The notes under the pieces were generated by a model, which saw only the letters and a program-made list of their open reading frames with translations, was not told the DNA's origin and did not search any database. From assembly GCA_963716395.1 (NCBI GenBank), contig OY970309.1:480001-544000 (forward strand): 64,000 nt of DNA, written 5' to 3'. This stretch comes from an uncultured Fibrobacteria bacterium. GTDB lineage: Bacteria > Fibrobacterota > Fibrobacteria > UBA11236. Below, piece after piece: positions 22,473-31,103 of this stretch. Position 1 is the first letter of the stretch, and each line of letters opens with the position of its first letter. Position numbers and translations under genes: made by a program.

Positions 22473-23834
22473 ATGGACTTTTTCGGCTCGTACCATCGGA
22501 TTATCGCCAAGGCGGGATGGATCCTGGTCACAGCCTCCGCATTTGCTTGCGCGGCCGGGGAAGGCGTTCTAACCTATGGCGGCGCGGGCTGGATTCAGGC
22601 CGGCAGTGTTTTTCACAGCTCCGACACCAGCGGCGGCAAAGACTTCAACGGACTCGGCCTTTATTCTTCGGGGGCGCAGCTTTCTCTGGACTACAAACAT
22701 GCGGAGGATTTGGAAGTCGCCGTGGGATTGGGTGTTCTCACCAACAATTATCTGAACGGAGGATTGGGCAACGGGGGTTACGCGCCGCCCAACATGACGC
22801 CTTACGTATCGGCAGCCAGTTTAACCTATACCTTCTTGGACAAGGAAAGTTCCAAGTTGTTCGTGCGCGGAGGCCTCTTCCCCTTCGATTATAATCCCGA
22901 AGTCCGGAATCTGGGGTTGTTCCTTCTGCGCGGACCCGTGTATCCCGGTTTTATCATCGACGGTTTCGAAAACAAGTATGTCGAGCCCATCGCCAACATG
23001 CTGGGGTTGCAACTCCATCATGAAATCGGGAATTTTCAGGAGGATTTCATTCTCAGTAGCGAAACCGAAGTCTACCCGTTTTTCGACCTTTCGCCGGCCT
23101 ACATCGCGGGGTATCAATTCGGGAAAGCTTTGCATGTGGGGGCCGGGGTCAATTTTTATCACCTGATTCCGATTGACGACTCGCTGACGTCGGATCCGAA
23201 ATGGTTTTTTCTCGACACCCTTAACGGTCATCCCGACACGACTTTTCTTTCCTTCGCGGGCGTGAAACTGATGGCGAATGCCTCGTTCGATCCCAAGGTG
23301 TTTTTTGACGACATCGGAAACTTGGGACCGGAAGACCTGATTGTATATGGGGAAATCGGGTTGAACGGGATCCATAACAGCCTCGCCTATCAAAAACTTT
23401 ACGGGGACACCTGGCATCGCATGCCGATGATGCTGGGCTTCAATTTGCCCGTCTTTCATTTCCTGGATCATCTGGCCCTGGAAGTGGAGTGGTATGGCGC
23501 ACCCTTTGTGGACGACATGAAGGGTTTCAACCACACCGCGGGAAACCACGAGTCCCCGGCACCCTTGGATCCGAATACTCCCAATTACCCCCAACCCAAC
23601 ACTCCGCTGAACCGCGCCGTCTATACGAACGCTACGCGGGATAACTGGAAATGGTCGTTGCAGGGTGAAAAGGTGCTGCTGAACCATATCAAAATCACCT
23701 TTCAACTGGCGAACGATCATTATCGTCCCGGAATCTATACCGGTGACAGCGATAATTCCCCTCCGGGTTCGGAAGCCATTACCATCACCCCCAACGATTT
23801 GTATGGGATGTTGCAGTTGTCATACTTTTTTTAA
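22473..23834 (+). CDS. Uncharacterised predicted outer-membrane beta-barrel, paralog 5 of 5
   Basis: FPFDYNPEVRNLGLFLLRGPVYPG, RMPMMLGFNLP, RDNWKW; C-terminus YGMLQLSYFF; AAGGA RBS. Confidence 0.78.
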   Translation: MDFFGSYHRIIAKAGWILVTASAFACAAGEGVLTYGGAGWIQAGSVFHSSDTSGGKDFNGLGLYSSGAQLSLDYKHAEDLEVAVGLGVLTNNYLNGGLGNGGYAPPNMTPYVSAASLTYTFLDKESSKLFVRGGLFPFDYNPEVRNLGLFLLRGPVYPGFIIDGFENKYVEPIANMLGLQLHHEIGNFQEDFILSSETEVYPFFDLSPAYIAGYQFGKALHVGAGVNFYHLIPIDDSLTSDPKWFFLDTLNGHPDTTFLSFAGVKLMANASFDPKVFFDDIGNLGPEDLIVYGEIGLNGIHNSLAYQKLYGDTWHRMPMMLGFNLPVFHFLDHLALEVEWYGAPFVDDMKGFNHTAGNHESPAPLDPNTPNYPQPNTPLNRAVYTNATRDNWKWSLQGEKVLLNHIKITFQLANDHYRPGIYTGDSDNSPPGSEAITITPNDLYGMLQLSYFF

Positions 23835-23837
23835 ACC

Positions 23838-23859
23838 GGGAAGGTGCCTTCCCCCCTTT
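23838..23859 (+). terminator. Possible terminator hairpin after the barrel operon
   Basis: gggaag-gtgc-cttccc starting 3 nt after the stop codon; weak T tail. Confidence 0.35.
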
Positions 23860-24009
23860 GACGATGAAGTACGGCTGGTTCGCAGCGTGGAGCGGCGCTT
23901 CAAACGGTGGGATGTTCGCATTCGCCCACCCCTCCTCATCGCCTCATCCAATCCAGGCTTATTCCCGGGCTGCGGCCGTCGGCTTGCAAAACCCGGCGTG
24001 AAAATTCTC

Positions 24010-24159
24010 TTTTAAGGTTATCTCTAAACTTCAGCTTTCGGAGCCGGGCCCGAACCTGTCGATCTCGTTTCCGGTCCGCTTGCGGAGGAGGGCCGAATCG
24101 TGAGACGGATCGCAGGCAGAGTCGTAACCGGAAAGCGGTGAGGATAGGTACCCTTAAGG
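24010..24159 (+). ncRNA. Candidate rod-shaped structured RNA (6S-like architecture)
   Basis: Nested pairings by eye: ttttaagg/ccttaagg, tatct/aggta, cttca/tgagg, gctttcgg/ccggaaagc, a central bubble, cctg/cagg, cgatc/gatcg, cgtttc/gagacg, cggtcc/gggccg. G-U pairs favour the + strand. Confidence 0.5.
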
Positions 24160-24183
24160 CTGCGCATTGTCTCCCCTCAACCC

Positions 24184-25368
24184 ATGAACCTCCAATTCTT
24201 CCGCACCTTGGGACAACGCGATACGCGCAACCTGCTGGCCCAGGCCTTGACGCAAAAACGCTTTCCCCATGCCCTGCTCCTGCACGGCGAACCCGGATTG
24301 GGTCAGCAGGCCCTTCTGCTCGATTTGGCCCAAATTTTGGCCTGCGCAGCGGAGGATCTGCGCCCTTGCCGGAATTGCGCGGCCTGCCGGGCCTTTGAAC
24401 GCGGAGCCCATGAAGGCACGCATTATCTCCTGCCCCTGGAGAAAAAAGACAAGGGCGGTGACGGCGAATTGGAGGCCGCGCAAGTGGAGGAAATGGCGGA
24501 ACAAATCCTTGCCTTGCACGCCCAGCCCTACGGATTCGGCCGTCCGGAAAAAGCCTGGGTATCGGTGGCGCAGGTGCGCGAAACCGTGGGACGCCTGGCC
24601 TTTGCCGAAAATCGCAGCCGCGCGCGCACCGTGATCATTCCCTTTCTCGAAGCGCTGCAGGCCGAAGCCGCCAATGCCTTGCTGAAAACCCTGGAAGAGC
24701 CGCCTGCGGAGGTGTACTTTCTCATCGCCAGCGAACACCGCGCGGCTCTGCTGCCCACTTTGCTTTCCCGTTGCCTGCATCTGGCGCTGGCGCCGCTCCC
24801 GCCCGCCGATTTCAGCGCCGCCGCCGCCGCGTTGGCCGAGTCGGGCCGACCCCTGCCCGCGCGGCTTCTGCCCTTTGCCGAAGGTGCGCCGGGGGCCTTG
24901 CTCGATTTGCGGGAAGACGGCGAGGAATTGCTGGAAGAGTCCGCCCGCTTTCTCTCTGCGGCCGCCGCGGACGACTGGCGGGTTTTCGCGGAATACGTCG
25001 ACCAAGGCCTGCCCGCGCAGGGCGCGGCCGCCGCGTCCCGGCTGCTGGCTTTTCTGCTGCGCGTCGCCCGGCTGGGACAAAAACTGCGCGCCGCCGTTGC
25101 CGAACCGAAACGGGAGCAGAACGCCCCGCCGGAGACGGGTTTTACCGCGCGGGCCTTGGAGCACTTCGGCTGGGATACGTCTCTTGTGAGTTACCTTGGG
25201 CCCTGGGAAGAGATCGAAGACTTTCCCGCCTTCGTCGGGTTCTTGGAAGCCGCCTTCCGGGCGATACGTCAATATTGCCGCCCGCAAAACGCCTTAATCG
25301 GGTTGTATTTCGAATACCAACTCAAAACCCGTTCCCGATCCGCCGCCGGCGGAGTGGCGGCGGCATGA
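24184..25368 (+). CDS. holB: DNA polymerase III subunit delta'
   Basis: PHALLLHGEPGLG, Zn motif C...PCRNCAAC, AANALLKTLEEPP, LLPTLLSRC. Confidence 0.85.
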   Translation: MNLQFFRTLGQRDTRNLLAQALTQKRFPHALLLHGEPGLGQQALLLDLAQILACAAEDLRPCRNCAACRAFERGAHEGTHYLLPLEKKDKGGDGELEAAQVEEMAEQILALHAQPYGFGRPEKAWVSVAQVRETVGRLAFAENRSRARTVIIPFLEALQAEAANALLKTLEEPPAEVYFLIASEHRAALLPTLLSRCLHLALAPLPPADFSAAAAALAESGRPLPARLLPFAEGAPGALLDLREDGEELLEESARFLSAAAADDWRVFAEYVDQGLPAQGAAAASRLLAFLLRVARLGQKLRAAVAEPKREQNAPPETGFTARALEHFGWDTSLVSYLGPWEEIEDFPAFVGFLEAAFRAIRQYCRPQNALIGLYFEYQLKTRSRSAAGGVAAA

Positions 25369-27101
25369 GTCCGCCTCGGCAGACCGGCCCGCTGCCGCTG
25401 GGCATGCCGCGGATCATTCCTCCTGTCACCGCCGATCCAAAGGCGCGTTTGGAATTGGCGCGCGCCATCAACGGCCCCGCCTTCATCGCCGACCTGCTGC
25501 TGCAGCGCGGCATCCGCGACCAAGAATCGGCCCGCGAGTTTTTTCTTCCCGAACCGCCGCCGGCCTCGCCGGTGCAGGCTTTGCTGGGGCTCGATCGCGC
25601 GGTGGATTTGCTCACCGGGGCCCGCACACGCGGGGAGCGCGTCGCGGTGCACGGAGATTACGACGTCGACGGCGTCACGGGTACGGCCCTACTCTACCAG
25701 GGGCTATGCGGCCTGGGTTTTGACGCGCTGTGGCTGCTGCCCAACCGCTTCGACGGCGGTTACGGCCTTTCGCGCCGCACGCTCGACACCCTGAGCGCGC
25801 AGGGGGCGCAGTGGGTGATTTCGGTCGATACCGGCGTCGCCGCCGGCGAAGAAATCGGGTATGCGAAGAGCTTGGGGTTGCGCGTCATCGTCACCGATCA
25901 TCATCAAGCCCCGCCCGACCTTCCGCCCGCCGAAGTGATACTCAACCCCAACCAGCCCGGCTGCTCCTACCCCAACAAGGGTCTGTCGGGTTGCGGCGTC
26001 GCCTACCGGCTGTTGGAAGCGCTGACCATAACATTGAAAGGACCGGATCATACGCGTTATCTCGATCTGGTGGCGCTCGGCAGCCTGGCCGACAACGTGC
26101 CCGTGACCGGCGAGAATCGCGCGCTGCTGCGCGCCGGACTGCGGCGCATGGCCACCGCCTCCGGCGGCGGCGTGGGGCTGCGGGTGCTGCTGGAACGGGC
26201 GGGCGCCGATCCGGCCGCGCTCACCAGCACCGATCTGCTGTTCAAGGTCACGCCGCTGCTCAACGCCATGGGCCGGATGGGCAGCCCCGAAGTGAGCCTG
26301 CGTCTCTTTCTGGCGCAAACCACGGCCGAAGCCCATGCCTGCGTCGACAAGATGGAAGCCGAAAACCAGAAGCGCCGCAAACTCGATCAGGCCATCACGG
26401 CCGAGGCCGTGGCGCAGATCGAAGGCGATGCGTCTCTGCGCGACGCGCCTTGCCTGGTGGTGGCCTCGGAGGCCTGGCATGAAGGCGTGATCGGCATCGT
26501 GGCGGCCCGCCTAGTCGACCGCTTTCGCCGCCCCGCCTTTGTGCTGGCCATCGACGGCGCGGGTATTGCCAAAGCCAGCGGACGCACCGTGCCGGGATTC
26601 CACCTGCATCAGGCGTTGACGGGATGCGCCGAACTCTTCGAGAAATGGGGCGGGCACGAATTCGCCTGCGGTTTTTCCCTGCGCGCCGACCGTATTCCCG
26701 CCTTCCGCGCCGCCATGCTGCGGCATGCGGCCGCGACGACGGGCACCGACCCCCGGCCCGCCGAAGTGACCCCGGCGGTGGCCGTGGATTTGGAGGAAAT
26801 CAACGCCGACAACCTGCTGTGGTTGCGGCGTTTCGAACCGTTCGGGCCGAAAAACGAATCGCCCCTGTTCTATGCCGAAAACGTCGGCCTGCAGGGCGAG
26901 CCGCGCACGGTGGGCGACAAACACCTGAAATTCTCGGTGCGCTGCGGAGGTCGCTCGCTCGAAGCCATCGCCTTCAATCTGGGCCATCTGGTGGATTGGC
27001 TGCGCGACCGCGACGGGTTGGCGCGCCTGGCGTTTTACCCGGAATGGAACACCTTCCGCGGCGCGCGCCGCATTCAATTGCGCGTGGCCGCGATGGAATG
27101 A
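25365..27101 (+). CDS. recJ: Single-stranded-DNA exonuclease RecJ
   Basis: ATGA overlap with holB; HGDYDVDG, PNRFDGGYG, VDTG, TDHH, LNAMGR, WHEGVIGIVA, GGHEFACG, EPFG. Confidence 0.95.
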   Translation: MSPPRQTGPLPLGMPRIIPPVTADPKARLELARAINGPAFIADLLLQRGIRDQESAREFFLPEPPPASPVQALLGLDRAVDLLTGARTRGERVAVHGDYDVDGVTGTALLYQGLCGLGFDALWLLPNRFDGGYGLSRRTLDTLSAQGAQWVISVDTGVAAGEEIGYAKSLGLRVIVTDHHQAPPDLPPAEVILNPNQPGCSYPNKGLSGCGVAYRLLEALTITLKGPDHTRYLDLVALGSLADNVPVTGENRALLRAGLRRMATASGGGVGLRVLLERAGADPAALTSTDLLFKVTPLLNAMGRMGSPEVSLRLFLAQTTAEAHACVDKMEAENQKRRKLDQAITAEAVAQIEGDASLRDAPCLVVASEAWHEGVIGIVAARLVDRFRRPAFVLAIDGAGIAKASGRTVPGFHLHQALTGCAELFEKWGGHEFACGFSLRADRIPAFRAAMLRHAAATTGTDPRPAEVTPAVAVDLEEINADNLLWLRRFEPFGPKNESPLFYAENVGLQGEPRTVGDKHLKFSVRCGGRSLEAIAFNLGHLVDWLRDRDGLARLAFYPEWNTFRGARRIQLRVAAME

Positions 27102-27156
27102 CCCGGCGGCACCGCCTCGTGGCTCACGGCGTCGCCCTTCCACCGCTTCCGACGGC

Positions 27157-28491
27157 ATGAGCGCTTTGGCGGGGCCGCGTAAGGCGGCCCATCTGGCTTT
27201 TTTCGCGCCCGCGTTTTTGCTTCCTTACACGACGCCGGGACTGGCGCTGACGGCGGCTCTTTTCCTGATTCCCCTCAATGCCTGGGGACTGCCGCGGCTG
27301 CTGCCGGTATTGTTCCCGCCCCATCGCGGCGGCGGCGGAAGGCTCGAAGCCGTGCATTACCCCATGGCGCTGGCCGCCTGCCTGCTGGCCGCGGCGCTGC
27401 GTCCTTCGTCCCCGCCGGGATTCCGCTGGTACCTGGTTCCGGCCGCCGCCTGGTACGCTCTGGCCGTGCTCGACGGCCTCTTGGGACCGGCCCACGCCCT
27501 CTTCGCCCAGGCCGGTCGGCTGCCCTGGAACCCGCACAAAACCTGGACCGGGTGGGCCGTCGGTAGCGTTACCGCCGCGTTACCTGCGGTGGCGCTGTGG
27601 CGCGCCTTTGTGTCGCCGGCGGAGTGGTGGCTGCCCGCCCTGGCCTGCGCCGTTTTGGGCCTGGTGGAATCGGTCTGGTTCCGGGTCGACGATAATTTCA
27701 CCGTGCCTTTCGCGGCCATGCTGGGGATGGTGCTGGTGCCGTCGACGCTGGCGCCTTCGGACTTTTGGCTCCGGTTGGCGGCCGACGGACCTTGGCTGCT
27801 CTTGCCGCTCGGAGGTGGAATTCTAGCCCTGGCCGGTCGCAAACTCACGGCCGGCGGCGCCGTTTGCGGCGGACTATGCTCCGTGCTTCTGATCACGGCG
27901 CAGCCGGGCCTCTTCGCCTTCGTGGCCCTATTGTTCGGTTTGGGGGTAGGAGCCACGCGGTTTCGATTGGCGACCAAACAGCGGCGGGGTCTGGCACAGG
28001 GCGATCACGGCCGGCGCGGGGCCGCCGAGGTATTCGGATCCATCGGAATGGCGACTTGGATGACGACGGGTTTTTTTGCCGGCGCGGGGGCGGTTTGGCC
28101 GGCGCGGGCCTGGCTGGTATGCGCCGCGCCTCTGGTAGCCAAAACCATGGACACGGTCTCTTCCGAAATCGGCAAAGCCCTGGGGGGCCCCACCATTCAG
28201 TTATGGCCGCCGCGTCGATGCGCACCCGGCACGGCCGGCGGCGTTTCCCCGGCCGGCATTTTCGCCGGGTTGATCGCAGCCGGAATCTGCGCGGCGCTGA
28301 TTCTGCCCCTGCATTGGGGCCATGCTCCGCAGTGGTGGACGCTGCTGGCCATCGCCTTCATCGCCAACGCGGTCGAGTCGGTATATGGATCGTGGGTGCG
28401 GCGGCGGGGTTGGGAAGACGGCGTGCACGCCAATCTCCTGTTGACTTTGACGGCCGCCGCTTTGGCTTATTTGACCTTCTTCGTCCTTTGA
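27157..28491 (+). CDS. Membrane protein: N-terminal CTP-transferase/phytol-dolichol-kinase-like region fused to DUF92 (TMEM19/VTE6-like)
   Basis: Many TM segments; LPWNPHKTWTG and DDNFTVP in the N-half; GRRGAAEVFG, DTVSSEIG and PGTAGGVS in the C-half. Confidence 0.75.
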   Translation: MSALAGPRKAAHLAFFAPAFLLPYTTPGLALTAALFLIPLNAWGLPRLLPVLFPPHRGGGGRLEAVHYPMALAACLLAAALRPSSPPGFRWYLVPAAAWYALAVLDGLLGPAHALFAQAGRLPWNPHKTWTGWAVGSVTAALPAVALWRAFVSPAEWWLPALACAVLGLVESVWFRVDDNFTVPFAAMLGMVLVPSTLAPSDFWLRLAADGPWLLLPLGGGILALAGRKLTAGGAVCGGLCSVLLITAQPGLFAFVALLFGLGVGATRFRLATKQRRGLAQGDHGRRGAAEVFGSIGMATWMTTGFFAGAGAVWPARAWLVCAAPLVAKTMDTVSSEIGKALGGPTIQLWPPRRCAPGTAGGVSPAGIFAGLIAAGICAALILPLHWGHAPQWWTLLAIAFIANAVESVYGSWVRRRGWEDGVHANLLLTLTAAALAYLTFFVL

Positions 28492-28559
28492 CCGCGGGGG
28501 TTTTGCCGGGTCAAGCTTGCAAGGTCAAAGGCAAGGTCGAAGCAAGGTTAAAGGAAGAG

Positions 28560-28745
28560 TCAGGTGAACCACTCTCCGCGGGACCACCAGGCGGCCCAGC
28601 CCACGGCATTGCAGAAGCCGTAAAACGAAGTCCACAACAAAAATCCCAATAAAGCGGTGGCGCCTTCGGCCATGGCCCAGGCGCAAGCAGCGGCCGCGCC
28701 AAGGCCGTAGAGAACCAACACTCCGATAAATTGCGGCAAGGTCAT
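28560..28745 (-). CDS. Small 61-aa two-TM membrane protein
   Basis: GGAG RBS before ATG; AT-rich upstream region; two hydrophobic helices; sits in an intergenic gap. Confidence 0.55.
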   Translation of the reverse strand: MTLPQFIGVLVLYGLGAAAACAWAMAEGATALLGFLLWTSFYGFCNAVGWAAWWSRGEWFT

Positions 28746-28965
28746 AAAATTCTCCGTTTAAAAAATTTCCCCTGAAACTAAGGAAAAAAATTAACCAACT
28801 TTTCCGCGCTCTATCGGATCGGATGTCGATTTGCAAAATTCGGCCCGCCAGGCGCCAGGGCCGCCTCGGAGCCGGCGCATTGCTCTATGGATGCTTGCAA
28901 GCGCCTTTCTCAGGTTTGGGATGAAGAAATCCGACCCTTTGCTACTCTTCCTTGAACCTTCCATC

Positions 28966-29748
28966 ATGAGCGCGCTCACCGAATCCTTCTCCGCCCGGCT
29001 CCGGGTATTCTACGAACACGAAGGGATTGCGGTGAGCCGGTTTTCCTGTCCGCAGCGCGCGGGCTGTGAACAGGCCGCGCGTCCGCATTTTTTGAGCCAC
29101 GGCGCCGAAGCCTTTTTGGGCGCGCAGTACGGCGAAAAGACCCGGGTGGTGGTCATCGTCCTGGACGCCGAGGGAAAATCGGAAGAAGCCCAGGGGCGCA
29201 ACCCCCGCTGGCACGGCGGCGAAGACGCCTTGCCCACCTACTTACAGGGAACCTTGCGCCTGCTTCGCAAGCTGCTGGCCAAGGACTTGGGCGACGCATC
29301 GCCTCTCCCCTACTTCGCCGTCATCCATGCCGCCAAATGCTCCTTTCGCGACGGCGGCGCCGAAGCCGTTCCCGACGCGCTCTACCATGCCTGCCGACCG
29401 TTCGCGAAGCTGGAACTCACTTTGCTCCAACCCGACATCATCGTGACCCAGGGCGAACCGGCCCAACGCATTCTCGACGAGGATTTTCCCGAACGCGAGA
29501 TCGACATCGCCGGATTGCTGGCGCCGGCCAACGCCATCGGACAGGTTCCGGTTTTCGATTGGCTGACCATGGACTGGCTCGCCACGGTGGCGGCGCGCTA
29601 TCTCACCTGCGTGCGCGTGGCCGGCCGCAACGTGTTCGCCTTGCACACACCGCGGCCGGGGGGCGAGATGTGGCGCATGTTCGAGCAACTGCACCTGCCC
29701 ATTTGCGCGTGGCTGCTGCGCGAATTGCTGGGCCGCAAATCCGCGTGA
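28966..29748 (+). CDS. Uracil-DNA glycosylase-superfamily-like protein with divergent active site
   Basis: CPQRAGC; AAKC-X17-CRPFAKLELTLLQPDIIVTQG; start codon uncertain. Confidence 0.6.
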   Translation: MSALTESFSARLRVFYEHEGIAVSRFSCPQRAGCEQAARPHFLSHGAEAFLGAQYGEKTRVVVIVLDAEGKSEEAQGRNPRWHGGEDALPTYLQGTLRLLRKLLAKDLGDASPLPYFAVIHAAKCSFRDGGAEAVPDALYHACRPFAKLELTLLQPDIIVTQGEPAQRILDEDFPEREIDIAGLLAPANAIGQVPVFDWLTMDWLATVAARYLTCVRVAGRNVFALHTPRPGGEMWRMFEQLHLPICAWLLRELLGRKSA

Positions 29749-31085
29749 ACGCTTTTCCCCTGACCGCTGTCTTCGCCGCCGCGGGCGTGATCGCGGGCGT
29801 CGTGTTGGGTTGGATTCTGGCCCGGTGGCGCGCCCCGGCAGGCCGGGCGCTCGAAGAGGAATTGCGGCGCCGTCTGGCGGAACAAGAGTCGCGGCTGCAG
29901 GCCGCGGCCACGCGCGAAAATGAGCATGTGGCGCAAACCGCCGCCGCGCAGGCCGAGCGCGATGCGGCCAAGGCCCTGCTGGCCGATCAGAAGGCAGCGC
30001 AGGAAAAGGCCCTGACGGATTTGCGCGAGAGTTTCAAGGCCTTGAGCGCCGAGGCGCTGAACCAGAACGCGCCCGTGTTTCTGCGCCTGGCCAAGGAGTC
30101 GTTCGAGAGCCTGCGGGCCTCGGCCCAGGGCGATCTCACCCAGCGGCAAGAAGCCATCTCAGGATTGCTGAAACCGCTGGAAGAGCACCTTAAAACCTAC
30201 CAGCAGCGGTTGCAGCAAAGCGAGACCGCGCAGGCGACGGTGCTGGGCGAGGTCAAACAGAAGCTGGAGACGCTCACGGTGCGCAGCGAATCGCTGGCGC
30301 AGGAAACCGAACGGTTCCGCGCCGTGTTGCAATCGAACCAGGCGCGCGGACGCTGGGGCGAAGAAACCCTGCGCCGCGTGGTCGAGGCCGCGGGCATGAG
30401 CGCGCATTGCGATTTCGCCGAACAAGCCGCGGCCGGCGACGGCCAGCCCGACATGATCGTGCGTCTGCCCGGCGACCGGGTCATCGTGGTCGACGCCAAA
30501 ACGCCGGATCTGGATTTTCTCTCCGCCGCCGAATCGGCCGATCTGGAGAAGCGCAAGCGCCTGTTGGAAGAGCATGCCGCCAAGCTCAAGCAAACCATCA
30601 AGGCGCTGGCCGCGCGCAATTACCCCGCGCAATTTTCCAATGCGCTCGATCACGTGGTGCTATTCCTGCCCGCCGAGTCGCTGTTCAGCGCCGCCCTCGA
30701 AGGCGACCGCGACCTGATCGTCTGGGCCGCGAACCGGAAGATCATGCTGGCCACGCCTGCGTCGCTGATCGCCCTGCTGCGCGCCGTCAGCCTAAGCTGG
30801 GCGCAGCAACGGCAGTCGGAGAATGCCCGCGCCATCGCCGACGCAGCCCAAACCCTGTACGAACGGGTTACGGTGCTGATCGGGCATTTCTCCAAAATCG
30901 GCGACGGCCTGGCCAAGGCCGGCGCGGCCTTCAACCAGGCCGTGGCCAGCTATGAAACGCGCGTGCGCCCCAGCGGCGAGCGGCTGGCCGAATTGCGCGA
31001 GGCCGACGGCGGCCGGGCGCTGGATCCCGTGGAGCCCGTGGCGAATGCGCTGCGCATGCCCGCTCCCGGCGGACCCGAACAATAA
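29745..31085 (+). CDS. rmuC: DNA recombination protein RmuC
   Basis: GTGA overlap; N-terminal TM, coiled coil, RGRWGEETL, PDMIVRLPG, VDAKTP, VLFLPAES, ATPASL. Confidence 0.93.
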   Translation: MNAFPLTAVFAAAGVIAGVVLGWILARWRAPAGRALEEELRRRLAEQESRLQAAATRENEHVAQTAAAQAERDAAKALLADQKAAQEKALTDLRESFKALSAEALNQNAPVFLRLAKESFESLRASAQGDLTQRQEAISGLLKPLEEHLKTYQQRLQQSETAQATVLGEVKQKLETLTVRSESLAQETERFRAVLQSNQARGRWGEETLRRVVEAAGMSAHCDFAEQAAAGDGQPDMIVRLPGDRVIVVDAKTPDLDFLSAAESADLEKRKRLLEEHAAKLKQTIKALAARNYPAQFSNALDHVVLFLPAESLFSAALEGDRDLIVWAANRKIMLATPASLIALLRAVSLSWAQQRQSENARAIADAAQTLYERVTVLIGHFSKIGDGLAKAGAAFNQAVASYETRVRPSGERLAELREADGGRALDPVEPVANALRMPAPGGPEQ

Positions 31086-31103
31086 TACCGTGATGATCAT
31101 CAC

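Noticed and set aside
12864-23834. Prophage or mobile-island explanation for the barrel locus
   Set aside because: No integrase, transposase, tRNA site or flanking direct repeats seen
23906-23930. Small hairpin ggtggg...cccacc containing gatgttcgca, reminiscent of the E. coli 6S 5' end
   Set aside because: A short match that could be chance; it folds locally and does not pair with the 24010-24159 element
24050-24120. SRP RNA (ffs) considered for the structured element
   Set aside because: The conserved CAGG-x-CCGGAAGGAAGCAGC domain IV motif is absent
24280-24310. Degenerate Walker A (GEPGLGQ) in the clamp-loader subunit
   Set aside because: Expected for delta', which does not hydrolyse ATP
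24771-25364. Long N-terminal extensions in the ORF track for recJ, rmuC (29337), recB (34704), 47962 (49884) and the cupin (54650)
   Set aside because: They overlap upstream genes or lack an RBS; starts at stop/start overlaps or at RBS-supported codons fit better
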